Shown here piece by piece: positions 36,461-51,600 of a DNA stretch of 64,000 nucleotides. The notes below the pieces were generated by a model, which had not been told where the DNA came from, did no database searches, and saw only the letters and a list, made by a program, of their open reading frames with translations. Each line of letters opens with the position of its first letter. Within the stretch, counting starts at the first letter, position 1. The DNA is taken from contig NC_079169.1 of the NCBI RefSeq assembly GCF_947568905.1, forward strand, positions 57,784,001 to 57,848,000, given 5' to 3'. This DNA comes from Ostrea edulis (lineage: Eukaryota). The translations under genes were made by a program, and so were the position numbers.

Positions 36461-36880
36461 ATGGCGAGTCTCCAGTCGTCAGGACCCCCGAGTTCCATCG
36501 ATACAATGCCTAGTCGACTAGACAGCGTTGAGATACCTACGATTGTAAAGATGTATCGCCCTTTGATTGTTAGATGTATAAAATACGACCAAATAATCCA
36601 CTCTTTTGACCGCCGTGTAATGGACACACGTGAGTATCATGTAAAGCTGTAATTTTCAGTCAGGTATAACTGATTAGACTCCTCTGTTCCGAAAACGAAG
36701 AAACTTGTTCTCTTCGATCTGTACGACATATACTTGCACAGCTCTGATAACAATTCTTACCCCGTATTGAACAAGATAATTTTGTGCTCATTTGACGTAA
36801 CATTACAACCTAGATTTTTTTAATTCGTGTTTTCATATCTTTGTTTCATAAACGTTTAAGGAAATTTAAATTTACCCTTG

Positions 36881-36913
<33 letters not shown>

Positions 36914-38098
36914 ATTCTGAATCGCCTGTTGTCCGTCGTCTGTCCGTCTGTAAACTTTTTACATTTTCGACTTCTTCTCCAGAACAAATGGGCCAATTGC
37001 AACTAAAGTTGGCGGTCAAAAGCATCCTTGGGTGAAGGGCTTTCAAGTTTGTTCAAATGAAGGACCGTGTCCCTTTCAAAGGGGAGATAATCACAAAAAT
37101 GCAAAAATAGGGTGGGGTCATTTCAAAATCTTCTTCTTAAGAACCAGTGGGCCAAAAGAGCTGATATTTACTTGAAAGCTTCCTAACATAGTGCAAATTC
37201 AAGTTTGCTAAATTCATGGCCCCCGGGGTTGGATGGGGCCACAAGGGGGGATCAAAGTTTTTCATACAAATATTTAGGTAAAATCTTTAAAAATCTTGTT
37301 CTTAAGAACCACTAAGCCAGAAAAGCTGAGATTTACATGAAAGCTTCCTAACATACTACAGATTCAAGGTTTTAAAAATCATGGCCCCCGGGGGTTGGAT
37401 GGGGCCACAAGGGGGGGATCAAAGTTTGGCATACAAATATATAGAAAAAATCTTTTAAAATCTTCTCAAGAACCACTGAGCCAGAAAAGCTGAGATTTAC
37501 ATGAAAGCTTCCTAACATAGTGCAGATTTAAGTTTGTTCAAATCATGGCCCCCGAGGGTTGGATGGGGCCACAATAGGGGATCAAAGTTTTGCATACAAA
37601 TATATAGGAAACATCTTTAAAAATCTTCCTCTCAAGAACCACTGAGCCAGAAAAGCTGAGATTTACATGAAAGCTTCCTGACATAGTGCAGATTCAAGGT
37701 TTTAAAAATCATGACCCCCTGGGGGTTGGATGGGGCCACAAGGGGGATCAAAGTTTTGCATAGAAATATTTAGGGAAAATCTTTAAAACTCTTCCTCTCA
37801 AGAACCACTGAGCCAGAAAAGCTGAGATTTACATGAAAGCTTCCCAGCATAGTACAAAGTTTGTTAAAATCATGGCCCTAGGGGGTAGGATGGGGCCACA
37901 ATAGGGGATCAAAGTTTTACATACAAATATATCGGAAAATCTTTTAAAATCTTCTCCTGAAGAACCACTGAGCCAGAAAAACTGACATTTACATGAAAGC
38001 TTCCTAACATAGTACAGATTTAAGTTTGTTTAAATCATGCCCCCCCCCCCCCCCGGGGGGGTTGGATGGGGCCACAATAGGTGATCAAAGTTTTACAT

Positions 38099-38162
<64 letters not shown>

Positions 38163-41100
38163 AAAATCTTTAAAACTGTTCTTCTCAAGAACCATTGGGC
38201 CAAAGAAGTTGACATTTACATGAAAGCTTTCTGACATAGTGTAGATTCAAGTTTGCAAAAAACCATGGCCTCCAGGGGTAGGTTGGGGCCATAATAGGGA
38301 CTAAGATTTTACATGCAAATATATATGGAAAGTCTTCAGATTTGGGCCAAGGTGACTCAGGTGAGCAATGTGGCCCATGGGTCTCTTGTACGATATGTCG
38401 GGACAGTATACATCATGCGAACTTAATATACCGTATAGAATTAGTAAAAACTGGTTTCATCTCTAATGATTTAATCTAGAAAAACGAAGTTGATATAATT
38501 TGATAAACAATGATAAAGAAAATATGAAATATTGATGACGTAGAGTAGTATTGTCATAACAACAATAAGGAAACGGCGGAGGCAAACGTGTTAAGTCATT
38601 CCTAGGACGTCACATGACACGGCTTAATGACAATTTTGTTACACGAAATAGAATGTTGATCAAGTTAAAGTTTGTTTTACTATTCGAATTGAATTATAAA
38701 ACGGTTTTGAAAAATTTAAAGCATATTCATAGAAATGTTCGGAAGTTCCGTCGGCATGAACCAAGCAGGATACGGGGTATATAAAGTCAGTTTCTGTAGT
38801 CGTCGCTACATTTTAAACTTGTATCTTCAAGTAGGAGTAACCTTGGTCTAATGCAATATCTAAATCGAGTAGAAAATGTTTTGCACAGGCTGCCACACAG
38901 TTCAACTGATGCCGACATGCAACCATGAGTGAACTGTGAGTGACCTTTATCCTCATCACAGCACAGAGAAGATTTGTTTGTTTTACGTTATGTCGAGAAT
39001 GTTTCATTCCTTATGAGTGAAAAATTCTCGAGAGAGACGTTAAACAAGATACAATCAATCAATCATTCCCAATGTTGTATTAAATGCACAAGAATAATAC
39101 ATGACTGCAACAGATACTTTATCAAATGTACGTCAATGTAAAAATGGCTGCGACATTTAAATCAACAACAACGAAATAAAAACAAAATTTTCAACAAACT
39201 GTAAATTTAAAATAAACCATTTAGTACTTTCAAAATGTTCTAACCTATGACGTCAAAATAGGCGCTGGTTAATTTTTGGTTACATGGTATAATTGTAGCC
39301 TAGTAAGCGGGGTTCTTGCACTCGGAAGGCCTCGGGTACTAGACAAGGTATAATTATACGTATTCTCATGACGCCATAGTACACATGCTTGGTCAGTAAA
39401 CCACGTGGAAGGGACAAATTAGCAATATTAGGTTAGTTAGAGACATAATATCACTGTATATAGTATTTGTTTCAGCCAATGAAATTCTAAGATTTTTATC
39501 AGATACAGGATAATGTACACTCCAGCCTCAAACCATACATAACATTAGAATACGACCGAGTGAAAGATATACCTCCACTGATTAAACAACTCCAATACGA
39601 AACATGCTTTGCAGTGTTTTCCCTAAGAACCGGCCGCCGGCCAAATTGACCGTTTCAAACGATTTTCTGGCCGGTTCAAATATAAAAAAAAATCAAAAAA
39701 TAATATGTTGTCAATTTCAGTGATGTTGATTTACACGATCAATCTTTGCAAAGAAAGTATGCGGAAGCAATTGGTTGACTATAAATATCTTTCATATTTC
39801 TTCCTTGTTTATGTTTTTATCGAGAGCTTTTTGAAACGGCGATTTTGATTGGACGATATTTTAAACTCTCACCTTGCGCGTGAGAAGCACATGGCAGTGA
39901 AAAATAATGAAGTGTCGAACGAATACATTAGGGCTGTTCCAGAAATGATCAAATGGGGGGGGTCGGGCGGCAAATGAATTTTTTTTTGTGTGGGTGGTCA
40001 TATTTTTTCATATTTTATTTGGTCCGTGGTTGGACTGTTAAAAAAATATTTATTATGGGTAGTGGGTAGTTTCTATTGTTTTATTTTGTGCCACGTGGGT
40101 GTTGAGTTTTCAGAATATTTTTATTGTCGCTCTTGTCGTGCTGGTTACAAAACGTCGGAGGGAAAATTGAAAACGTGCTTTCGAAATGCTGCTTTCGAAA
40201 GTAACAAAGAACTATTAGAGTTGTCGCTCTTTGCAGCGCATAACTTTCCATTACGACACTCTTCAAATTAGAGGCGCGTTTAGTAGGGTCCCTTTGGACG
40301 TGATGGCGGCGAACTCTGTTCTGTAGATTATTACAGTGCATCGATTTTGGGAATATTTTGAAACCAATAGGTATTCCGTTTTCTAATAAAAATAGGCAAA
40401 CGTTAGTTGATTTATACGAGGGTACCGATGCGTTATATTTATCAGTCAGTGTGATGGTGATATAGAGGCCTCCGGGCGCGGGCTCCATTAGAAGACGAAC
40501 GATTCGTGGATCGTTTGGACTCCCGATCTTTCCAACATTCCCGCCATAGATGCCTTTGATTGTTGATGTGACATCGTTTCTTCAGAACTACTGTGATACA
40601 ATGTCGCACAGGCATTACCGCGTCATTGACTAGAATGTTTGTCCCGAAAACCTCGCGAGATTTGTACCGTTTTCATTTTTAAAAATATTTTTGTAGTGGG
40701 TCTGGTTAGTTTTTTTTTTTTAGATGGGTCATTGTAAAATGAGTTTATCAATTTGATGGGTCATGGGGTAATTTTTTATTTTTTTTTATGGGTGCTTGGT
40801 ATATACAAAAGGTGCCTCCCGACCCCCCCCCCCCCCCTCATGTATTTATTTCTGGAATAGCCCTTACATGATTTCTTCCAGTCAAAACATCGGAAAGGTG
40901 TGTATTTAACACCACTGTGACTAACTTGTCCGAAGTAAAAATGTTCAACCCTTTGGTATATATTTAAAAATGTAGGTTAAAAAGTGGCATATGAACAAGG
41001 GTCATTTTGCCCCCTGAAATGCCTCAGAATGCAGGATTTTGCGTCTAATTTTCCAAAATTTCATGGGGGGAATCCCCATACCCCCCTCCCCCGGCCTGTT

Positions 41101-42595
41101 ACAATTCTAAATGGGCCTGTTCAAATGAAATGAATGGAAAACACTGGCTTTGTTGTACTTATTTATTCAACATTTCATGGGTTTAGAAACTTTTGTATAT
41201 ACAAAATACCTGTTGTACAATTTTTGCATTTTGCATGATAGGCACCAAGGAGGAAATAATACAAACCGGAAATCGAGAGGGGTCCACAGTAGCAATGGAG
41301 GATATCTTGATTGCTATAGAAGCGAGTGATGACGAAAACAAGTGGGAACAATTCATCAACATAGTCCAAGACCAAGGTAAATCTTTCTGACATGATAGGA
41401 GAGTCAGGCCTATTTGGTGTGTTGTAAATAGTGGTTGAGCTGTGTTTTACTTGAAATGAAGAAAATGATTTTTTTTTCCTGAAGGTTACATATACCTGGC
41501 GAAAGTCTTGAAAGGCGAATATGTACCAAGACATGTGTGTACAACATACGTTAGAATGTTGCAACGAAAGAAAATGACATTTGTTAAAGCAAGTTTCGAC
41601 CCTAGCCAAGTCCTTAGCTTACTGGTGGGACATGGTGTTCTTGAGAATAGCGACTATGAACAAATAGAAGCTGAGCAAAGAAATAAAGGCGCTTTAGCAG
41701 CAACTATTGTTCTCTTGGACAGAATTTGGAGGAAACATGGGGATTGGTATAGATTATTTCTTACCGTACTATGCGAGAAAAAATTCCATCACATTGTAAA
41801 GGATATTGACTATAAATTTCATGAAGGTAGGTGCGATGCTTCCATTTAAATCAGCTTTTCAAGACAAAATATTTCGTGGATACATTGGTTGTTTATGGAG
41901 TTTTGCATCTAGTTGGTTGTGTTTTCTATAATGTGTAGTTTGTTAGTATCAATGATCTTTTTAAAACCATAAGTTAAAGTCAACTAAACATGTATATGGA
42001 ATTGATTAAAGAATGGGAGAAGAGAAACCACCAGAAGCAGTCTTCAGAAGAGACCGTTCACAGAGAAACACCAAACCATCAGGAGAAAAGTGAGACCGCT
42101 CACAACGAACCACCAAACCATCAGGAGAAAAGTGAGGCCGCTCACAAGGAACCACCAAACCATCAGGAGAAAAGTGAGGCCGCTCACAAGGAACCACCAA
42201 ACCATCAGGAGAAAAGTGAGACCGCTCACAAGGAACCGCCAAACCATCAGGAGAAAAGTGAGACCGCTCACAAGGAACCACCAAACCATCGGGAGAAAAG
42301 TGAGACCGCTCACAAGGAACCACCAAACCACCAAGACGAAAGCGAGTACTTTAACATTTTTATATACCGTGAACTCATTTCTTTAAGACTGAGAAAATTA
42401 TGTAAAGCTCATTCACATTATATTCCAAGGTAAATGAACATTTTGTATTTTCAAAATTTGACACAATATTTGGAACATGGGTAAAGATGAAAATTTGTTC
42501 AAGGCATTACACTCATCAGGCTTTGAGGTTGAAAACCAGAAGTTGTATAAGAAATGTATTTAACATTTTCCACCTGTATGAACCGTAAAATATTG

Positions 42596-42650
<55 letters not shown>

Positions 42651-45600
42651 TGTGTGTGTGTGTGTGTGCGTGCGTGCAAATTGCCATTTGCATTTTAGTT
42701 AAATAAAGGACATTTACACGATTTAGGGAATGTGATACTAAAACGCACATTATTTAGAAATGCCATAATCTAATGATATTACTGCTATTATATAAACTAG
42801 TAAATATATTTTTTTCTAGAGAAACCTATTCAGGTATCTGAAGTGCATGAGAAATACCCAGGTCCAAACATCGCAGTAGGAGCACACGGAAAACTGTCTC
42901 CTTACGACGCTAGTGAAGAAGACGCTGAAACTCGGGAGAAAAAGACCTATACGGATTCAGAAGTAATGGATTATAGTATTGGTTCCGACTTGAACTTTGA
43001 TGATCTCCTTTCCTCTGACCTGATGAAAAGCAAAGATTCGTCAGAAGTAGTCGAAATATCAAAACAGACAAGAGAACGTAGCCAGGCTAATAAATCTGTC
43101 TTTACAGAGAGCACAACTGAAGTAAAAGTTCTCTATAGCAGAAATGGGGATCCCGAAGAAAGTCTCTCAGGTAGAAATAATATCCCTGAATTTGACCGCA
43201 AATTTACGGAAAGGAAATATGTTGAATACGGTAAAAATGTTCAATTTTATGTAAAATTCATGTTTGTAGTACTTTATCCAGCGTATAACTTTCATTTAGA
43301 TGATAATGTGATATTAGTAATAATGATTTTCAAAATGTCTTTTTTTAAATTTCAGATGACTTACAGAGGTTGAGCAAGAACGATATCCCAAACAAGACGT
43401 TGAAATTGAGACAATATCAACTGGAACAAGCAGAGAAACCTATGAGTGGGAAAAATTGTATAATTATTTCACCAACCGGTAGTGGCAAAACGTATGTGGC
43501 TATCAGAATAATTCAGGTATTTACTTTACTTGCGTTTTCTTCAATTCGTTTTAAAATTGCACTAACATATTCTTTGTTCCGCTTTGTTTTTGAATGATAA
43601 GAATTGGTTTCAATTTCTCACTCATATTACCGTAGCATCACTTGGAAGAAATGGGGAAAATAAAGAAAACTGTGTTCATCGTGGACAAAAACAACTTAGC
43701 AAACCAACAGTCAGAGAAAATAAGAGACCACGTAGAATGTCGACTGAAAGTGATATCAGGCGATTCTCAGAGAGAAGAAGATTTTCAAGAAATAAAGCCA
43801 CTTCTTCCGCAGTTTGTAGATATACATAAGTATACATTGTATATTTAATGAAACACAAAGATGAAAATCATTTTCTATTGCGAACTTCTAATAATCATGA
43901 ATCAGGTGACTCTCAATGGCTCGAACTTCGACCTTTCGAAGTAATCCCGGTTCCTCTTTCTTTTTCATGCCTATATAAATAAGCACATTTACTCTCGTTC
44001 TCGAGATCTATTGAAAAGGTGAAGAGAAGATAGCGAACAGTGATCAATCTCATAACCCCTTATAAGAAATACAAAATAGAGAATTGGGCAAACACGAATC
44101 CCTGGATATACCAGAAGTGGGATCAGGTGCCTAGGAGGAGTAAGTATCCCATGTCGACCGGTCACACCTGCCGTGAGTCTTATATCTACTGTCGTTCTCT
44201 CGAGGTAAAGGTTTGTCCAGTTATGTATAATCCTTTAACATTTACTCTCAGTACCTCAAAATGTTTACATGTATACATATGATGCTGTCGGTCATTTGTG
44301 ACCAAATTACATTGTAGTACCTTGAGAATTTCTTCGTTAATAGTTGTAACAGTTAAAAAACACGTATTGACGACTTGGTAATTTGCATTGACACATCACC
44401 AGGTATCTCAACTTGGGAATCAATTGGTCTGTTTCATAGTCGGCTGTAATTATTACCTATCAATATCATTAAATTTAGAAATGTGAATGATCATTACATG
44501 CGTCATTAATATTTCCGCTGCAACAAATAAAGAATGAACACACACAAGTAAGAATATTTAGTTTCTCTATAATTTATATGTCAGATGAATAGAGTTTTAA
44601 AATCAGATACATGACCTGGGGAAACGACATGAATTTTACTACCCTGACGCGTTAGATATGATTCGCGTAAACTTTAAAATTCGTCGATCAAAGTACCGAT
44701 TTCCGAATTCTCCAAATTGTTTTTTTTTTTTTACTGTGGTCACGTGGACCCCAAGTTTTAGAGAGGCACCTGTAAAATTGTTCAAATACTTATTCTTTAG
44801 TAAATTGGTAAAAATTTGCTTTGTGCAGCGACAAATCTGTATCAGTAAAGGTATACAAGCTGATGCCAGATTTCTTCTATTACAGGTATGATGTTTTTGT
44901 AGTCACAGCTCAAATGCTGGTCAATGCCCTGATAAGAAGGGATGTCAGCATCGTGTCCTTTTCTATGCTTATTTTTGACGAATGCCACCACTGTTATGGA
45001 AGCCATCCATTTCAACAGATAATGAATCATTATATCGACGTCAAGCAGGAATTATCGAAGGAAGAAGAATCCCAGCTTCCTCAAGTATGAAAATCATTCT
45101 CGAACATGTTTGTAAATGATATCATTGTATGATGAAAGGTGAAGATAACGAACAGTGATCAATCTCATAACTCGTATAAGCGATACAAAATAGAAAGTTG
45201 GTCAAACACGCACTCCTGGACACACCAGAGGTTGGATCAGGTGCCTAGGAGGAGTAACCATCCCCTGTCGTCCGGTCATACCCGCCGTGAGCCCTATATC
45301 CTGATCAGGAAAACGGAGTTATCCGTAGTCAAAATCAATGTGCCAAGAACGGCGTAACAAACGGTATGAAACACATCAGACAGCATTTGACCAAATGATG
45401 GGTTGTATTGACGAACTAGATCGTTATAACGACCATAGAATTTGTGAAATGTTGACTTCAATCGAGATTGTTGAAACCCCTGTACCATCAACTTGTTTGT
45501 CAGTAGCTTTTTAGCTCTTCTGAGCCGAAGGCTCAAAGAGCTAATCATATGGCCATATGTTTGGCGTGCGGTGTGCGTCAACTTTTTTGGGGGAAAAGGC

Positions 45601-48600
45601 TATATCTCAAGAACCCTTTGGCCAATTTTTGTCAAATTTGTCACAGGGTATCCTTGGCCCAAGGGCTTTCATTTGTACTAAAACTAGGGTTGTGATCCTT
45701 TAACAAGGGGAGATAATTATGAAAACAAAAGTAGTGGTTGCTAAAAAATCTTCTTCTCAAGAACCACTGTGCAAATTATCACCAAACTTATGCATAAGGA
45801 TGAGGATAGGTTGTAGATAAAAAAAAAAATTGTTCAAGGCATCATCCTGGTGCAAAGGGTGTGGTCTCGAGGTCAGTTCAAAGTTTACCTTAAATTTTGT
45901 TTTGTTAAAACTTTGATATTTTGCTTAGTATAAGGACTAGGATCATCAAATTTTGTCAGTTGATGCATCTTAGGATCTAATATCATGTTGTCTCAAAAGT
46001 AGGTCATGGTGACCTACTTTTTGAATTTCGTAGGTAATTATTATCAAATGGATTTTGATGCATATCTTGGACACTTTTGAGCCTATGATCATCAAAAGTT
46101 GTCAGTTAATGGATCATAGGACCTTGAAGTGCGTCATGTGAAAAGTATGTCACCATGACCTACTTTCTGAATTTTATGGCTAATCATTTATGAATACATT
46201 TTAGGTTGTTATTTCAGATTCCGAGAGGTTTAGAATCATCAAACTTTGTAAGTTGATGCTCCTAGAGGCCTCGAAACATATTTATTAAAAAAAAAAAAAG
46301 TAGGTCACAGTGACCTACTTTTTGAATTTTGCAGACATTCAAATTTCACATTTTCAATTTTAGATACATATTTTGGCCACTATGAAAGCTAGGATCATCA
46401 AACTTTGTCAGTTGATGCATCTTGAGTCTTCATAGTTTGTTGACTGAAAAGTAGGTCACCGTGACCTACTTTTGGAATTTGACGGCTATATTTTAGTATT
46501 TCAGATACTATTTGACTTACAATTATCAAACTTTGTCAGTTGATGCATGTTGAGTCTTCAGAGTGTGTTGACTAAAAAGTAGGTCACCGTGACCTATTTT
46601 TGGATTTTGACGGCTATATTTGAATATTTCAGATAGTATTTGACATACAATCATCAAACTTTGTCAATTGATAGGTCTTGAGTCTCCAGAATGTGTCGAC
46701 CAAAAAGTAGGTCACTGTGACCTACTTTTGGAATTTGACGTTTATATCTGAATATTTCAGATACTATTTGACTTCAATTATCAAAGTTTGTCAGTTGATG
46801 CATCTTGAGTTTTTGGAGTGTGTCGACCAAAAAGTAGGTCACTGTGGCCTTCTTTTGGAATTTGACGGCTATATTTGATTACTATTTGACTTGTCAGTTG
46901 ATGCATCTTGAGTCTTCAGTGTGTCGACCAAAAGTAGGTTACCATGACCTACTTTTGGACAGTTACATTTAAATTTTCAGGTACTATTTGACTTAAGAGG
47001 CCGTCCACGGAGATATCAAGCAGTAGCTATAATACGGCTGGCACATGCAATTCCCCAAAATTTTATTCATACCCAATAAAAGTTAAGGTCATACGCCAAT
47101 TTTATCGTATGTAAAGTGAATTTCACCAAAAAAATTGTTAGATGCCAAAACTTGGCCTATTTCATAAATTCGAGGACACTATATAATCTATAGAAAATGA
47201 TCATTTTGTAACGTTAAATAATACCCAATACAATAAAATTTGTCCAGAAAGTATAAACAATATTTGAAGGAAATTCCTTAATAATTAAGAGGAAACAATA
47301 AAATTGCTGGGAAACAATGCTGTTGTTGAGCATTTACTGACAGAAGTAGCCAAAAAGCCAGTAATTTGAGTTACCTCCCTTGGCGTAAAAAATGTAAAAT
47401 GATCCGAAACTTGCATAAATTGTAATTTTCGAAGAAAACAGTATTTATTTAGAACATTTTTCACTTATCTCGATTTTTTTATCAAGTGTAAACGTGGAAT
47501 TTTTTTTTTTTTTTAATTTGATGGTGAAAAATAAATATTCAGCCCGGACCTTATCAAAGTTTCGTGGGTAAACAGATATGGCTGACAAGTGATAGAAACG
47601 TGAAGTTTTTCTAGAAGTGGTCCTTATTTTAGGGACTTGTCAATCCTTAATAATTGTTCAAAAGACATAAGTGGATATTCAAGATATTTTAAAGTTGGAA
47701 CTGCGTGTAATATTCAACCGAGATTGACCCCCTGCTGTACAGATCGGGGTACTTCGAATTCGACGTAAAAGTTTAACTGTTTAAACTATCGTGCACGGTG
47801 CAGATGCTTACTAGTATGCCGAGGTCATTGCGATTCTTTGGGATTTACTGGAGGCAACCACCACCAAATGTAGTTATCTACTACACAAAGGAAAGTGTAA
47901 AGCAGACAGAGCAGTAAACTTCAATGTTTCAAGGGAAATATTTGTTCCCGTTGGAAGTGGTAAGTATAAATGTCGAATTTTCTCTGTTATTTTTCTTTGA
48001 AAACTGTCTTTGATTGCGAGACAATTTTGATGCAAGTTCTCATGATGTGTCAATGCAAACAATTCATTTGATGAAATTATTCTTTTTAAAATAATAATGA
48101 TTAAAATGATAAATCTGTACTACAACACAATGTTTATCCACAAATCATTGAATTAAGAAACAATAGAATCACACAAAAACAAGATGAAAGTGGTGAAAAG
48201 TGTTTATTGTCCTGCAAGCTATGTACATATCAGCATGCATGCATAAAAAATAATATATATTAAAATTATATCAGATTATTTTTGACTGATTTTTTTTTAC
48301 TAGCTACTTTTCACATGTGTTTGTTTTTTGGATTCCTAGATTTAATAACTATTAAAGGATGAATGAATCAGTGTGAGAGGGTAGTATATGTACATGTATG
48401 TATGTGACAAAAACCGAACAATAAATATAAAAATAATAATGATATACATGTATATTTATTCATGTAATTATGCAACTATAAGAACCATTATGTGTGTGGG
48501 GGTGGAGGTGGGGTGTGTGTTACAGGTTGATGTATATCATTAATTTCTCTAAATTTAAGCTGAATGGATTATAGAATTCAGATGGTTTAACATGACACAA

Positions 48601-51600
48601 AATCTGATGATTTATTTGCATGCACACAGGTACTAAAGTGTATTAGTGTGACATACATGTATATACCAATTACCAAATCTCGATAATGAATACAACACCC
48701 ATTTCATTACAGATTTGGAAAATAATTATAGTCAAATCACCCCTACTGCAAGCCAATTATCAGACTGTATCAGTGAGTATATTTATCTATTTCAATCAAA
48801 ATATTTTAAATTCAGAACATGGTACATCTGACCTTGTCATATTGTCATAATTCATAAATTATGTAAGTTTAGAACTATTACAGATATGAGCTTAATTCCA
48901 CATTTGACATGTATATTTCTTGAGACAAATCCTGACCAAAGGCATCCAATGTTATGATGTCACAATCCTTTTGTTTTAACTCACTTGACAGACATACATG
49001 TAGAATATAAAAACTTTAACTTTGACAATAACATAAGAATGGTTAGAGATGGGGGTTGGATATTTCAGAAATGTGTGTTCCTTCATGTCATATGATAGTA
49101 ACATTTTTACCTTACGACCTTGACCCTTCATATTGAAGTTTTATGTGATGTCACCATGCCACACACAACACATACATGCATTTTTAATTCATGACTGTTA
49201 TCAAAGATTTTAACCCACTCGACAAGTTTTAAACTCTCTTCAGACAATTCTTGTTTAGATAATTTCAAATACTAGCTCGTATATATATACATATATATAT
49301 AAGTCAGAGGTGATGTTTTGAAATCAGAATGTGGTTTAATTTTTGAATCAATGAAAATATAGTTGGGTTTTTTTAGCTCACCTGAGCTAAAGGCTAAAGA
49401 GGCTAAATAATTAGGGTATGGAGGAGATCAAAGTATGATGTGGGAATATACAGGAAATTAAAACAAATTCTTTTCAAGGTTAGCAGGGCCACACTAAATC
49501 CTTTCAAACTGCAAATGTTCCTAATTTGTGTTGATTCATTTTTCATTTCTATGCACCCATGACTAAAGTCAGGGAGGGGGATATCTATCTGGAACTTGCT
49601 CATGTTAGTAATAAGGCTCTCATATTTTTATTCCTTATAATAAGACATTTCTTTTGATATCAATTTTTTTTTTACTTTTGTGCTTGGCCTACTTTTAACA
49701 AAATATAACCTACAGTAGGCAATTCTCCTGAACTATATATAAGGTAGTCTAGCCTTTTATGTTTAGTATTTAGATATCTTATGGCAAGAACTTTCATTTT
49801 ATACCATGCTGTTTGATATTGTGACCTTGGTTTTGAAGTTTAACCCAGATTTTATTATATTGATATTTTACATAAAGATATACAAAATGTGTATATTCTT
49901 TATTACCAGACTTTTAATTTAGTACCTGACCTTAGTCTTTAAAATAGCATGATTTTCAAAAACTTTAAATTGGTATATAGTTTCTCAGCCACTTTGGATT
50001 GGGCTTTGATATAGATTTCACATATTATAGATTACTAATGAAAAGAGCTTTACTTTTGAACTTCTGACTTTGACCATGTTGACCTACTTTTGAAAAACAT
50101 TCATTATTACCAGATCTGTTATATCTTGAGGGATAAGGTATTGGGTTAGTTTGCTTCACATGAAATGCCTAATGACCAGAATTTATTTTATATCATGACC
50201 TTTGACCTTGTGACTATATCAAACATATGATCTTGACTTTCTTAGTGCATTGCTTACAGTACTATTTACTATTTAAACATGTTCATCATTTTATTTCCAT
50301 TAATTTACACAACTGTTGTTATTTAGATCTCAGCTGAGTCCAAGATAGGAAGAGGCTTTGGAGAGAACACAGAATTACTACAGACAAAAGACTTGTGAAG
50401 TTATAAGGGGAATTGCAGAACTCATAGCTCCATTTCAATCTAGATATGTTGACAGTTATTTCACAGAAACACTTTGCAGCTGACAAAGATAATCAAATGA
50501 TGACCACTACTTTAACTCTATGGTTGCAGCATATTTCAATTTTTGAAGTGACAAATTTTATTCCTGTTTGTGAACCAATATTCAAAAGAAACACTGCTAT
50601 GGCATTAGACATAAATTAGAAGAGAGTGGTGGGGTGGCAAAATAAGATTCCATACTGTGAAATGTATCAATTGTTAATATACATGTATCAATATAAATTC
50701 AGTGCCAATTTTCATAATTTCTAGGGGAAAAGTTTGTTTGTAACAAATGTCAGAAATATGCACTAGCTCTTACTTTGCAAACCATGCTACTAAGTACCAG
50801 GCATTAAGACATGATTTGTTTATTGTCATTTGTTAAACAGAGACAGAGACAGTGATTTGAAAGGGGGGGGGTCCAGAAAAATGATCTAAAATCTGCATTA
50901 GGTCATATCCGATGAATTGATAAAGTAAATATGTTTATTATTGATTGCTAGTTACATGTAACCTTTTATGCATCAGTTGAAGATACTTTATGAACATTTT
51001 CTGTCACTGGGTAAAATTCAACAAACATTTTGTGTATCTGGAAGTGGTCAATATATATTTCAACATCAGAGTAAACATGCATTAAAGCAAGTCTGCCAAT
51101 CTGATGTAGGCAGAAAATGGAATATGGCATGTTATTTCATGAATGCAAAGGGAAATGCTTTACAAGAGAGTCAAAAAAATTCTGGTTAATGCTAAATAAC
51201 TATCTAGATGTCCCAGAGAAAAGGAGAGGGTCAAAAAATTTCTGGTTAATGCTAAATAACTATCTAGATGTCCCAGAGAAAAGGAGAGGGTGTTTTCTAC
51301 CCCTCCCCCCCAACCCCCTCGGGATCTGCCAATGTCAAGTTTGTAATGTGAGTGAATGAATTTAGATTCTTCATGATAGGCAATTTATTAAAATTTGATT
51401 TACTGATAATTTTAACTTCATATATGTGTGTTAATTAATTGACTATTATCTCAAATCCTGTGTCAGAAATGACCTCTAAAAATCAACATTGTAAAATTTT
51501 ATACAATGAATTACATAGGCATTTTTTTGCCTTTATTATATAGAATGTATACAAAGACATGAAATTTATTTCTGAATGTTCATATGTTCTAGTAATTTTT

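Noticed and set aside
40081-40488. 135-aa minus-strand ORF as a host gene
   Set aside because: No recognisable domain was found and it lies inside a MITE. It is kept only as possible cargo in the findings.
42006-42386. Overlapping ORFs in three additional frames
   Set aside because: They are a by-product of a stop-free 42-bp tandem repeat, and there is no independent evidence of coding.
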